A stretch of DNA of 64,000 nucleotides from Tetramitus jugosus. Lineage: Eukaryota > Protista > Heterolobosea. The translations under genes were made by a program, and so were the position numbers. The notes under the pieces are model-generated. The model did no database searches. It saw only the letters and a program-made list of their open reading frames with translations, and had not been told where the DNA came from. Position 1 is the first letter of the stretch; each line of letters opens with the position of its first letter. This document shows positions 10,614 to 23,700 of this stretch, one piece after another. The DNA lies in the NCBI GenBank assembly GCA_937625935.1, contig OW569367.1, forward strand, positions 62,001 through 126,000. The letters run 5' to 3'.

Positions 10614-11699
10614 CTAAGAATTAGCCCCTTCACACTTTAACTGTGGAGACTTGGATGTGGTGAGAGTTTCCGTTTGTCTATCAATTGTTCCGTCTTCTTG
10701 TCTCACCCATGTGTCAATCTTGAAGGGAGACTCTGTGATTTCAATCACTCTGGCACCTCTCTTGAATTTATCACGGAAATACCCACCAAAACCAGTCTTC
10801 CTTCCATAACTGAGCGACACACCGTTGTAATCGACCACGAAGTCATTGTCGTGATCGTGACCAACATATGTTGCTCTCACATCTTGCATCTCCTTGAATG
10901 CACCCAATATTCCAGTGTTGACCGATGAACAGCACACTGTTTCCTTTTTTGACCCTCTGCCTTGCAAATTGTTGAGCGCACTCATGTACTCTGGAGCGGC
11001 AATGTGGAAGAAGGCCAATGAAGGAAGAATAGAACCATGTTTTCTTCTCAATTCCATCGACGTTTTTCGGTACCACTCTACTTGATCAGGCATCATACAA
11101 CCCCATCCAGCCACACCCATACATTCCCTGTTTCCAGTGTCCAAAAAGTACAGGTGACTGACCGCTTTGTCGCTATTGGATCCAAGAACTTGGAGCACAT
11201 AATTCGAGTGACCATTAATTGAATTGGGTCCCATTTGAGTCATACTCAACGGATACCCCATATCGAGTTTCATGACTTGTTCACGAGACAAATTACCTTC
11301 ACCGTCATGATTCCCCAGAGTGTATCCCCAAGTAATGTTGGCATCCATCATTGCTTTGACTGTCAAAGGATAGCAACCAGCGACCCCACCGTCCTTCATA
11401 CAACTTGATTGTTCTTTATAGGCACCACCACTGATGGAGTCTCCAGATACGACGACGAAATCGGGTCGTTCCCACTTAAGAATCTGAGCTTGTTGTTGTA
11501 TTGTTTTTTGATCATTCTGGGCGTTCTCACCAAAGTGCATATCTGTAAATTGAACAATCTTGAATTTACCATTGGATTGGAAACGAAGTGGTCGACTACA
11601 GGACACTGCTGCTACATGATACACTAAGAAAAGAGAAAGAACAGTAAATGAGGCCACGAAGAGCACAATTGTCGTTGGTTTTGGCCTCCAGTTCGTCAT
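10614..11699 (-). CDS. Calcineurin-like metallophosphoesterase (DCR2 / purple acid phosphatase 29 type), signal-anchored
   Basis: FKIVQFTDMH, SGD, GNHD, FFHI, GHDHDND, YGRKTGFGGY and GARVIE motifs. Confidence 0.9.
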   Translation of the reverse strand: MTNWRPKPTTIVLFVASFTVLSLFLVYHVAAVSCSRPLRFQSNGKFKIVQFTDMHFGENAQNDQKTIQQQAQILKWERPDFVVVSGDSISGGAYKEQSSCMKDGGVAGCYPLTVKAMMDANITWGYTLGNHDGEGNLSREQVMKLDMGYPLSMTQMGPNSINGHSNYVLQVLGSNSDKAVSHLYFLDTGNRECMGVAGWGCMMPDQVEWYRKTSMELRRKHGSILPSLAFFHIAAPEYMSALNNLQGRGSKKETVCCSSVNTGILGAFKEMQDVRATYVGHDHDNDFVVDYNGVSLSYGRKTGFGGYFRDKFKRGARVIEITESPFKIDTWVRQEDGTIDRQTETLTTSKSPQLKCEGANS

Positions 11700-11832
11700 T
11701 GTTGAGGTTGGGGTGTTGTTTCTTGTTTGTTTTGTGATGTATTCTTTTTCTATTGTCCATAAACGTAATTAGAGCAACCTAAAAAAATTCCGGTGGTTGA
11801 TCGTTTTTTATTGTGTTATGGATGTCGGGCAT

Positions 11833-14800
11833 TCAGTTGGAGGTATAAAAGAAGATTCTTGAGGCATTCCAGGAGAAGAACAAGAGTTCGAACTCTCTCT
11901 TGTAACTCTTGATTCTGTTCATGGTCAATTTCATGGTTTGTAATTCATCATCAATGTTCGTATTGTTTCTTCCTGTGGCCTGATTCTTCTTATCGCTCAT
12001 TGTCTTCTTCAATTCGACATGTTCATTATCATAATGAGCTGCCACACTTTCGAACCAGTGCAAAGAATCGAATCTATGATTCTGATTCAGAATTTTAAGA
12101 ATGAAAGCAACACCCAAAGCAAAGCCATCATTGGTGAAATTGGCTTCCTTACCAGCTCTGATCATCTTGTCCTTGCTGATGAGCATATTTTCAACAAAGC
12201 TAATGGTCAAAGCAGGAACAATGATGAAAAAGTTCTTCATGTGACTGTTCTGTTCCTTTTGCATCTCTTCTGTGAACACATTCTCCAGAGTCTTGAAGTA
12301 GTCACTTCCTTCAGCAAACTTTTGAGACAGATTAGTGCAGATTTGGTACAAGTTCTTTGCAGCCTGGCTTGTTTGAGTGCTGAGAGGTATGCCTTGTTCC
12401 TGAGCTTCAGCCTGTACAAGTTCTTCAAAATTGTCAATACCATCGAGATCAGGAACAAACTTGATAGCATCAGAAATGTAACGAAGACCACCAGCACGCA
12501 CCATTCTTACATATCCAAGTGCATTACCAATCTCCGTAATCAATTGTCTGAATTGATCGAGATAACTAATACCTTGATTGGTTACTCCCAACTTCTTGAT
12601 ATATTTAATGAAACTGGCAGCTTGCTTCAATGGATACTTGTTGTCGAGTTCCATGGCCTTATCTTTGTAGAATCGAATATCCTTAATCAGTCTGCTCTTG
12701 ATGTGATCATCGAATAGGAATTGAGAAAAGATGTAGAATTTCCTTCCTAAATACTTGTACACAAAATTGACAGTCGTATTCATGATACCTGTTCCGTGAG
12801 TTCGAATCGAATTTGCAACATGCTTAATGTGAATGGTGTTCAAATTCTTTGCATCGGTTGTTGCGCATCTCTCAATAAACATATTGTTGTTCAGATTGTA
12901 ACTGTACTTTGCAACAAAGACGTTGATATGTCTCGTAATTTCCAAAACATCCAATCCCTGCTCCAATGTCTGACCAGGCAAATACACATTTGTCATGTCC
13001 AAACCATACTTTTCACTTGCCAAATTTCTCATTTCCTCATATGTCTTATGATCGTGTGGCGTAATGCATGTCAATTCATAGAAGGTCTTATCCAAATAAT
13101 GAGCAACTCGTCTCTTAATATCAATCATGTCATCACAGAATCGAATTGGTCTCAATTTGAAGAAGGAGGTCATATCTTTCATACTACCTCTCATTTTCGA
13201 AATATTGTTATTGGATTGAATGACTGCACTGTGAATATGCAAACGCAAATCAGTTTCAATCTCAGTACACAGTGGCTTAATAATGTGCTCCTCGAATGAA
13301 TCTAATATCTCGCTTCTGTACGATGAAAATAATTGTTCTCGTGTTTTCAAGTGAACAGCGCTCTTCAAAATCCTCTCAGGATCCTGCATTGCATAGAACA
13401 TTTGTCTCATCTCAGATGATCGATCAGGATTCTGTAGGACATCCTTGAAGAAACTATGAATAATGAGTCTATTCCAATACAACAAGGAGCAGTCGCAGGC
13501 ATCAGCCAAGTTTTGCTCGAATTGTCCAAGTGAATCAAGTTTTCGGAGCAAACTGCGAATCTCTTCGAATTCAGAGCCTTGAAGCAGACCTGTAGTTCTC
13601 TGCAAAGCAATACATAACACAAGTCTGACTAATAGCAGACGCTTACGGCTAGGGGAACCACCACTCAACAAGTGAAGAGTGAGCAACGATGAACTCAACT
13701 GATCAGTGTCGATATCATTGGTCTTCTTCTTGGACTCAAGTCTATTTCTCAAGGGCAACATCAATTTTTGAATCTTGAAGCTCAAGAATTCAGACAAAAC
13801 AGCCACATGCTTGGCAAAGCTAGCACTCTTTCTGTGGAATGTAGCCTGGATAGACTTTAACATTTCTATGCACTTGCAAAGCATTACGACTTGTGCAAGA
13901 GTGAGAGGCTTCTGTTCCATGACATGCAAATAGATTGTTGTCTTCAATAAATTACTAATTTGATAAGCGAGTTGCACTCCCTGAGTCAATAGAGTTGCTT
14001 CCACTCCAACCACATCTCTTCCCTCCTTTTCCACCATGAACGTAGATTCGATCCTCGAAATCCACACAGCCAAATTAATATCGTGACTCTTGACAACAAC
14101 AGGCAACTGAGCAACCAAGTTCTTGAGATAGTATGCCCGTGAGTCACTAATCTCCTTTCTTGGATTTCTCACACCAATCACTCTCAACATGTCTGGAATT
14201 TTGTTCAAGAAGAACTCTGCGGAACTCCATATCGTATTTCCATACAGGTGAATCACAGGCAAAGTTGTATGCACAGCCCACAGCTTCTTAAAATACTTTT
14301 TGTTCGAAGTATCCATCCACAATGTATAATACAGAATATATAAGCCACTAAGGCCAACAAACTTTGATCTACTATCCATCTCCTTTGGAGTGTTCAGGTC
14401 TTGAGTCACAATTGTAAAGTAAGACTCTAGATTGGCCAAAAATTCCTTTTGGAAGACAGTGTTCGTTTGAATGTGAATATTTCGCGAATCGTCCTCAAAA
14501 TTTTGACTGATACAGCTCTGTATACAGTTTATGATACGGATTAATATTGTAATGAGCTCACACACGTACTTTAGAAATAAACACACACCTTAAAAATATT
14601 ATCATCCAAAATATCACCATCAATTCTCTGCAACAAGTATTGAATTCGACTGGCAGATCGCTTGTCTGTTCCATAACGTTCAGGTTCTTCCAACACACGA
14701 GAAATCATTCTATCGATTATCATCATTATTCAGTATTATAAATTGTGTGAGCTGTTAAAATCATCTCAAAAACACACAATAGTGTCACGGTCATTATATC

Positions 14801-15589
14801 ATACCTGTTGTAGGCAGTCAATTGAAGTGAAAAGGACTGATTCTGTTGAATAATTTCATCCAAAGTAATCATCACAGTCAACAAATCAGCCAATGAAGAA
14901 AAAACTGGTAAAAAATGAACATTCAAATAGGATAGCATTCCCGTCTTCTCCTTGACATTTCTTCCATTATAAATAGCGGCCATTTGTTGAATCACATTCG
15001 TAATCACTGCATTTACACGTTCACAATAATTCCACAAGTCCATCAACAGTGGTATGCTTCTTCCGAACTGTAATTGCTTTTCACCTTCTTCCATTTGATC
15101 ACCCACAAATTCACCAAAGATGCACAAGGATGGATAAATTTTTTCTTCGCCCTGTATGTGTGTTTTTTTTCATATGCCGTGTGAATCAACCGATCAACAA
15201 CAACAACAAATGAGAAGAAAAAATTTTCAATAAAAACTCACCATTCGCTTCAGCAATTCAATCTCATCACACAGTGTAGCAAACACCAAAGTCACTTTTT
15301 GCAATAGCTTATTCTCTGTTTGAATCAACTCATCATATCGCAGTGCTTCATGTGGCTCAAATTTTAATTTGATGCAGTCGTTGAATGAGTCCCATAATTT
15401 GCCAAACACTGCATCATCACCATCATTCATCTCAATCTCTTTTGTGTTCAGTTGGTCATTGTACTGCAAAAGAAATCTTTTGAACGAGTCAAAATGTTGT
15501 TCTTGTGGTGTTTTGTCAGGTTCTTCTATAAATCCATCGTACAAGTATCCTCCGCCGCCACCGCCACCACCATTGTTATTCTCACTCAT
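11833..15589 (-). CDS. WASHC4: WASH complex subunit 4 (SWIP/KIAA1033), 4 exons
   Basis: IETDLRLHIH, QTLEQGLDVLEI, HVANSIRTHGTGIMNTTVNF, IGNALGYVRMVR and FDSLHWF. Frame-preserving GT-AG introns at 15152-15241, 14710-14804 and 14518-14588. Confidence 0.93.
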
Positions 15590-15738
15590 TTCAATTGTTG
15601 ATTGTTGTTGTTATTGTTGTTGTGAATTCGACACGAAAAAGCTTTTCTTCTTGTAAAAAATCTCCGATTTGTGCCGACTTCCATTTCGATTTTAGCGCCA
15701 TTTTTTTCTTCGAATACAACTACGAAAGCTTTTGAGTT

Positions 15739-17211
15739 TTATTTTTGCCATAATACGGCGTCGTTCTCTGGTTCATTAGGTATGTACCAATCCTTGTGAC
15801 GCTCTTTCATGTCTGGACCCCACCTATAGTCAACAAAGACTTCTTCATCACTAATGTCTCTGGTTGCAATGAACACCACAGTTCGAAGGTATCCTAAATC
15901 GGCAAACAAAATACTTGGATGCTCAAAGTACTTGTTTGGAATGTAAGGCAACAACTCTGGGTCAAACTTCAATGGAACTCTAAATGGAGCAGCAATTACG
16001 TTGGGAATGGCACTTGATGCGATGCTGGGTGCATGATTCACCTGATTCAATTGAGCAAACGGATGCATATACCGCAATCCAAGCTTATGCCCATGCAATC
16101 GTTCATTGATATCATCTCCCATTGTGAATCCAGTCAATCGATTCCACAAACCAGTCGTCTTATCATTCTTTTTACCCGTTGTCACTTCCACCGACTCATT
16201 GTCCGTCACATGATTATACATGGTCTCGAAAAAGGGTTGATCCCACAGCTTTCCATCAATATAGGAACCACCGTGCAATCCAGGTATCAACTGCCTTATA
16301 TAATCACACTTGCTCGCCTTTATCATATTAATGTCCATATTCTGACAATAATTTGTTCTAAACGCATTGCTCGTGTACACCATTCCAGGATACAGTCCAA
16401 TCACTGTTCCTCGTTTGCATGAACCCTTCAAGAACAATCCCTTTCCATCTCGTGCATCAAAATTATAGTGATCACGAGTTGTGGTGATGCTCGCGGTGGA
16501 CGGTTGAACAATAGGGCACCAACCCACTTGTTTGAACACCTCTTGACTCAACTCACTCAATCTCTCCTGTTCAATCCACTGTATCCGTTGCAACTTTTCA
16601 TCATTACCATATTTTTGCTCATGTTTGTTGAGTCTTGCTTGAGATGTTGGTTCAGCACCATTAGAATCATTATGTTTTCTCATGTGATAACCACTCTTGT
16701 CATCGTCATCATCTGCAAATCGATCATATGGTCTCTTGAATTTGAGCGCCAATCTCTCCAGTGATGACTCTTCAGTGTACTCCTCGTCATTGAACTGTTC
16801 CTTGTACAGTTGATGCGATGTTTTTGATGAGTGATCAATCTTGTGCCAAAGCTTTAGCAAATGATGCACTTGATGCTCAATATTCTCCTGAGATTGAATC
16901 AATTGCTTGCGATAGCTCAGAGGTATGATGCTTGAGTCATCCGCAGATGTTGTAGTTGTTGTGGTTGTTGTCAAGGATGATTTCGTTGTTAGAGTGGGAA
17001 CAAATTTTTGTTGGGTAGTGATTTGTGCAGTGAGTGAGGATGATGATACTGTCTTGTTGGTGTTGTCATGATTCGTAGTTGATGATGCGGGTTGAGTCTG
17101 GTGAGCATTCAAGTGTTTCCAGATGCGCCACGTGTCCAATTGATGTTGAAATGCTCGCTTTCGAACCACTGTTTTTTGAATAATAGGATTGGTGAGCAAG
17201 AGCTTGATCAT
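15739..17211 (-). CDS. SETD9: SETD9-like SET-domain protein
   Basis: GKGLFLKG...GTVIGLYPGMVY, YIDG, PFAQLNQVNH, PNV and VVFIATRDISDEEVFVDY; basic presequence-like N-terminus. Confidence 0.75.
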   Translation of the reverse strand: MIKLLLTNPIIQKTVVRKRAFQHQLDTWRIWKHLNAHQTQPASSTTNHDNTNKTVSSSSLTAQITTQQKFVPTLTTKSSLTTTTTTTTSADDSSIIPLSYRKQLIQSQENIEHQVHHLLKLWHKIDHSSKTSHQLYKEQFNDEEYTEESSLERLALKFKRPYDRFADDDDDKSGYHMRKHNDSNGAEPTSQARLNKHEQKYGNDEKLQRIQWIEQERLSELSQEVFKQVGWCPIVQPSTASITTTRDHYNFDARDGKGLFLKGSCKRGTVIGLYPGMVYTSNAFRTNYCQNMDINMIKASKCDYIRQLIPGLHGGSYIDGKLWDQPFFETMYNHVTDNESVEVTTGKKNDKTTGLWNRLTGFTMGDDINERLHGHKLGLRYMHPFAQLNQVNHAPSIASSAIPNVIAAPFRVPLKFDPELLPYIPNKYFEHPSILFADLGYLRTVVFIATRDISDEEVFVDYRWGPDMKERHKDWYIPNEPENDAVLWQK

Positions 17212-17381
17212 GATGATAATTGTTGTTGCGGACTGTTTTTTTGTTATGCGTCGCTATCGATTAGGTGCAATTCATGCAAAATCAATAATTACGACAATAA
17301 AAAACCCCAAGGGGCGTCATGCAAAAAAGAGTGATTGTTTTTGTTTATGTTTTGTTGTTGAGGATCAAAATGATGATGTTT

Positions 17382-17912
<531 letters not shown>

Positions 17913-18155
17913 TCAACTTGTGCGGAGAAACGGAAAGTGAGAGTCTTTGTTCGATAAAAATATGGAATCGCATAGTATCACTGTCTGTCAAACGTGAATC
18001 CAATGGATGCATGTTTGTTCACACAAAGTACTGGAAGCAATATGTTGTGTGAATATTACAGAGGGTTTTTATGTCAGTGTGCATTTATGTCTTGATAGGA
18101 ATTATGATCTCGCTCAAACAGGGATGTCAAAATAGGAAAGGCGCCAAAAGTCTTC

Positions 18156-19250
18156 TTACAAATTTTTCCTCCAGAGTATAATTTCACGTTGCTTGAAGAA
18201 TCGTCTGCCCTTGGTGTCACACAAGGCCAAGTAGATGAAATATTTCACAGAGAACTTGTGTTCGACTGGTGTTTCATCGGGTATGGTTGGTGTAAGCTTC
18301 CATGCATCAATTGCACTCAAGTAGATTCGAACAGGCACAACTTCGTCCTTTGCTGGTGTGCCATCAATAATCTCAAACTTTTTGAGTGTTTCTTGTTGAA
18401 CGAGCTCTTGATCACCGTGCCATGTCTTCTCCTTCTTGATCAATGATACTTCAGCCTTATCAATCTTCACATTGACCAAATAGAATCGCAGGTGACCGTG
18501 GATGCAACCATGGCCAATCTCATGGAACATTTGATCGTACTTTATACTCAACAGAACAATGCCTTCCAGACCAACTTCCATACTGATGCCTGGATCCGAT
18601 GGTTGCTTGTTTGGTGAGACCAATTGTGAGTGTTGCACCCAAAATTCTTGTTCCTTGACAATGGAGAACACTGAACGAGTCACAGTCACTCTCAAGTAAT
18701 ATCTCAAATCACAATTGATGCCTCTGTAGCTCTCATAGTCTTTCATGACACTACGGAACTCAAATGGGAACACAGTTTCCTTTGAAAGAATACCTGGAGC
18801 GGCCAATTCCTTTGATAAATTACAAAACTTGTGAGACTGCTTCGTCTCAAAGTACAATACAATTTCACCAATCAACTCTAGACGAATTCCTTGATGTTGC
18901 GTGTTGCCTGCCAATGGAGTCACAACGACATTACCCTTGATGGGGTCATCTCTATCGAATCGTGTGAATGGTTGCAACGTTGAAGCTGCGTTTGGGTCAC
19001 TGCTGTCAGCAGCTGCACTGTCCTGAGTGAATTGGTCATGTGGATCAGTGACCATGATTGTTCTTTGTATGGTTTTTTGACGTGTCATTGAGCTCAACAG
19101 TTGCTTAAAGTCAGTGTTTTGTTGCTGTTGTTGTTGTTGTTGTTGTGGAAGGGTCAGTTGTTCCTTCTCAAGACGATCCAATGACTCTGATGGATCGAGA
19201 TTGATTGCCACAGAGCATGGTGTTTTAAAGGAGGAAAATAATTTTTTCAT
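18156..19250 (-). CDS. VPS26: Retromer subunit VPS26
   Basis: HQGIRLELIGEI, YESYRGIN..LRYYLRVT, ISMEVGLEG, FEIIDGTP, FSVKY and RRFFKQREIILWR; poly-Q insertion near the N-terminus. Confidence 0.92.
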   Translation of the reverse strand: MKKLFSSFKTPCSVAINLDPSESLDRLEKEQLTLPQQQQQQQQQNTDFKQLLSSMTRQKTIQRTIMVTDPHDQFTQDSAAADSSDPNAASTLQPFTRFDRDDPIKGNVVVTPLAGNTQHQGIRLELIGEIVLYFETKQSHKFCNLSKELAAPGILSKETVFPFEFRSVMKDYESYRGINCDLRYYLRVTVTRSVFSIVKEQEFWVQHSQLVSPNKQPSDPGISMEVGLEGIVLLSIKYDQMFHEIGHGCIHGHLRFYLVNVKIDKAEVSLIKKEKTWHGDQELVQQETLKKFEIIDGTPAKDEVVPVRIYLSAIDAWKLTPTIPDETPVEHKFSVKYFIYLALCDTKGRRFFKQREIILWRKNL

Positions 19251-19568
19251 TTTGTGGGTGTAGTGTGATTATTGTTGTGTTGTTGTTCTTGTAGTAGAAT
19301 AATCAACCCTCTCTGTTGTTGTGAGCTTTTGTTGTTCTGGTGTGGGTGATGAAACAAAGGGTCGGTAAAATTTGTATATCTCCGGTTGGTTGTAAGATTT
19401 CTCCTCTGATTAGAAGCATTGAGTGGTTGTATCTGATCTATCTGCTCTGTGGTCTGAAAGAGTGGGGAAGTGATGTGTATCTTTTGTGATTATCGAGCTG
19501 AGAGACAATGGTCAAAGAAGAATTTGTCATCCATTGAAAGAACAAGCAACAAACAACTTGAAAAAACG

Positions 19569-20711
19569 ATGCAAGAAGAACAATTCTATGCAATTGATTT
19601 GGGAACTCAATATATCCGTGCAGGTACTTGTGGTGAAGAAAATCCAGAGTTGGTGTTGTTCAATGGAACATTGGATGGAGAGACTCCGTGTTGGACAATG
19701 GGATCACAACCGATAGTGTCAGCTGCTCAGAATATGGAGTGGTGGATGGATGTATTGCCACGATCACAAAACATGACTTGTAGCATTGACAATCTTTGTG
19801 GCCAAATGAATGAAGAGGTCATGCAGAAAGTACTGGAAACAATGTTTCAAAAGGCTCAATTCACAGGGATGAGTGCTTCCTGTATGTTTGGTGTTTCGAA
19901 TGCGAATGTTGCACGGGTGCCTGGATTGAGTGAGTTGATGTTCGAGGTGTTTGAATCGAATTCAATGTCTTGTTTTACTCAGTTCGAAGCTTTAGCTTAT
20001 TCTCTTGGTCGGAGCTGTGCATGTATGTTGAACTTTGGAGCAGGAAGTATTGAAGCAAGTACATTGATCGATTATCAAAAATGTAGTCCCGTTGTATATT
20101 CTTCAGTTATGGGCACAAGACATTACTCATCCATGTTCCTTCAAGCATTGAAGAAAGATAAAGCAAAGCTGAGATACTTGGATATCAACGATCCAATTCA
20201 CCTCCAATGCATAGACTGCTGGAGATCATCCATACAGAATAGGACAAACGAGAGCAACATATTTCGGTTACCAGATGGGAGTCAAATCACACTTGACAGA
20301 GACAATAGGATTGATGCAGAACTGTTGGAGCTGCCCTTGAAACTTATGTTTGAAGGCGATGTTGTTAAGAATTATTGTTCTGCAACAGAAGAAGGTGATA
20401 TGAGTACTGTGATAGATATGCTGGATCAAGCTATTCAGGTTGTTCCAATCGATCAGAAGAAGTTTCAATCACATGTCTATTGTTACGGAGATGTCTCTGG
20501 GGCACTGTGCAAGGATATTCAGAGCAGAACGAACGCAACACAAACGGTCCAAAGTATCCCAGGCCAGTTCTTTGCTCATTTTGTTGGTTTATCCATTCTC
20601 GGATCTTTATCAACTGTAAAGGCAAGTTTTTACACCAAGCAAAGCTACCTTGAATTTGGTCCCTATCAACCATTCTCGAATCATATGCATAACTACTTTT
20701 CTACTAACTAA
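19569..20711 (+). CDS. Divergent actin-related protein
   Basis: AIDLGTQYIRAG..GEENP, ELMFEVFE, AYSLGRS, FRLPDGSQITL and VGLSILGSLST...TKQSYLEFGP. First well-placed ATG is at 19569. Confidence 0.8.
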   Translation: MQEEQFYAIDLGTQYIRAGTCGEENPELVLFNGTLDGETPCWTMGSQPIVSAAQNMEWWMDVLPRSQNMTCSIDNLCGQMNEEVMQKVLETMFQKAQFTGMSASCMFGVSNANVARVPGLSELMFEVFESNSMSCFTQFEALAYSLGRSCACMLNFGAGSIEASTLIDYQKCSPVVYSSVMGTRHYSSMFLQALKKDKAKLRYLDINDPIHLQCIDCWRSSIQNRTNESNIFRLPDGSQITLDRDNRIDAELLELPLKLMFEGDVVKNYCSATEEGDMSTVIDMLDQAIQVVPIDQKKFQSHVYCYGDVSGALCKDIQSRTNATQTVQSIPGQFFAHFVGLSILGSLSTVKASFYTKQSYLEFGPYQPFSNHMHNYFSTN

Positions 20712-20752
20712 GATAAACCGTTCCATCCTTTCTTGTCTGCACAGAAGTTTCT

Positions 20753-23700
20753 TCACATCAGCCACCCTCTGCAGTTACGAGAATTACATCGGCACTTGAT
20801 GTGTCCAGTAGTTTTGTATTGGTAGTCAAATGTAAGTTCTGTTCCTGCTGGAATGTCCTTTTTGGTGAAGAATCCAATCCTTGCCACTAAGGGATCATTG
20901 GTATCCACTTGCACTAGTTTGGATATCATATTTGGATTGCAACTATGATTGAACCATCTAGATGCACTGCAGTACTTTCGTGCGTCTATAATAAACCGAT
21001 TATCCTCTTCTTCTGTCATATTGAACAGGTAGCTACACTCAAAAACTTGATCGTACTTTAGACCTCGGACTTCGGCCACTTCATCTCCTACGATCTCTCC
21101 AATATATTCGTCAACAAATTGGTATCTCTTTAGGCTTTGAAGTGTTCTCACTCCCCATCCTTTTTCTGCGGTCTTAAATAATTCGACATGGGTTGAGCAT
21201 CCCTTTTGGAGAACACGGTTCGAGCACAAGTTCTTATCACAAGCACAGAATTTGCCGCACTCAACAATACGTACTGTTTGATTGTCTACCGCTTGCTTTG
21301 TTAAGCAACCATCGGCATCATAAGTTTTTGGTTTCTTCGAGCATTTACAATTGGTGCAGGACGATCTACCTGACCTACTATTGGAGGAACAGCAGTTGCA
21401 CTGTTGAGGGTATCCTTTCAGGGATTGATCCATTGCCACTTGAATTTTCTTATCGAAAATCTTATTCTCCAAACTATAGATAAAGGATCCAGGGGAGATC
21501 TGATCCACAGAATTCGTGGCAGCTATAGGATACTTTGCATATCCTCGAGAGATGTCATCAAATTTATAATAATACTTGTTATTCACTTTGTGCATTGACT
21601 TAGGTAGACTGCTCTCCCCGCCACTGGTCGCCGAATCCACAATGTCATAATTCTCATCCTCAAAATCGAAATCATCATTGATTGCTCCATTCACCGCTAT
21701 AGTTGCCTGAAAAAAGTAAGAGTTTGAATTCTTAATTCGATCGCTCCATTCATCCTTCTTACTACTCAAAATTTTTCTCATATTGTCCACTTCTAAGCCG
21801 CCTTTGGGGTTCCATTGTATGATTCTGTTTGCAGCAAAAATTTTGCCCTTGTCATGAAGCATGCTGCGAAGCTCATTCACTAACTTTTTTCGCTGTATTT
21901 TGTATGCTCTTTCTTCATCAAGTAACTCGTCGTACTCTTTTTCTGAGTCACTATCAACATCATAGATCAGCGTTGAATACGACACCATGGCACCGAGTTC
22001 TTGCAAGTGAGTTTTGATCGTATCTGGAAATCGACCCAAGAGCAGGGACAAACCATAAATCATAAAGTGAATTGGTGTGTTGTCTTTAAACATTTCCACG
22101 TAATCGGAAATGAGAGTTTTCTCCCTATCAAAAAGAGCACTTGTCTTTGGTATCTTACAAAATATTCTCCAGTAAGGAACCTTCATATCCGATAAAATCT
22201 TTTGAAAAAGTGGGGTCGCATGAATCGAGAGAAGTTGCCTTTGTTTCATCAAGTCCAAACAGTAATCTTCTAGTGGGTGTGGATCGTGTTCAGGTACATC
22301 AATATCAGTCACTATCTGAGACTCCTCATAGTTGTTCCATTCTTGTTCCTTATTGGCCTCAAATGAAATCTCTCCGTTTTCCCAATACATTGCATAATGA
22401 TTCAATCCCAACTTGGTAATACGTTGAAAGTGGAATGATATCCGATCGTGGTCGACCATGACTGGATCGTTGCAAAAGTATGCTGTAATAACTGCATATT
22501 TCTTTTTCCTTCCATTAGCATCCATTTCAAACACTGGCTTACCTGAAGGGTTATCTCGATAACAAAATCCCAAGTAGACAACAGTATGTGTTTGATCAAT
22601 AACAGCACAAATAACCTTATTACCAGGCTGAAAGTGCTTAATGGGATGCATGTATATTGAGGAATGAACGATGAGTTGGTTTGGTCTGCATCGATCAATG
22701 GCAACACTGTACATTTCGTGTAGAATTGTATCTTTAAGTGCAGTGGGCGGTTCCGGCTTGAATGGCTCCTGCTGTAAATGGGAAAATAGCGAATATAACC
22801 TTTTGTTTTCACGATGAAACTTGAGTAGCAACGTATGAATCGTTTTATACAACATATCCCTCAGCCGTAAGATTTGATCCTTGACAGTTATCTTCTCGAT
22901 CGATGGTATATTCGGAGAAAGGTGCGTAAAATAGATTGGTAATAAGAAAAAGTCTGGTACGCGAAGTAGTAAACGATCTGAACTGCAACGAAATCCTAAA
23001 CACTTCAAAAAATCAACAATGTCGTTTTTGGTGGTCAATTGACTCCTTACGACCTTTTCTCCATCCTGTTTGTTATGCTTGGTCGATGACTTGAGATAGC
23101 AGCGAATGTGCGTATTGTACAGGTACTCGACAGAGAAATAGTATTGAAGCTCGCTTTCGATCGTCTCCAATGTCATTGATGCCAGTGGTATTCCCTCTGT
23201 GGGAGAAGAAGCTGATGCCAGAGGCAATGACGGAGAGATAGCATCACCACTCATAGCACTCCCACCGTCATCTACTTTACAAACAGCTGGATCAATGCCC
23301 ATAGTCATACTTACTAGAGTGTTCATTGAACACACAGACTGTGATTGAACCTCATGTTTTTGATAAAAGGATGCAAATTGAGACGTAATCTCAAACATGA
23401 TATTCACTGCCTGCAAAAACTCCACCATATTCTCCTTAAACATCTCATAAATTGTCAATTCAAACAATTCCTGAGTAAATTCACGTGATTTATCATTTGT
23501 CCACATGTCGTCAAACATTGGAATCTTTTTCCTATTCTTCTTTAATTTCTTCTTCCTTTTTCTTTTTTCTTCGCTACTATGATCGCCCTTTTCGATTAAT
23601 TTCCTTCGCTTCTTACTCTTCTTTTGGCGGTGAACATGCTGATTTTCTACTTCTTCCGTCTCGGATCCACTGTACGGAGAGGATGCACTGCTCTCGTCAC

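Noticed and set aside
12019-13299. Long antisense ORFs opposite WASHC4 (also opposite the HAD, M32 and cyclophilin genes)
   Set aside because: Shadow ORFs produced by codon bias on the coding strand.
19346-19436. Possible box C/D snoRNA (GTGATGA ... CTGA)
   Set aside because: No terminal stem or recognisable rRNA-complementary guide, and it lies in a divergent promoter; such short boxes occur by chance.
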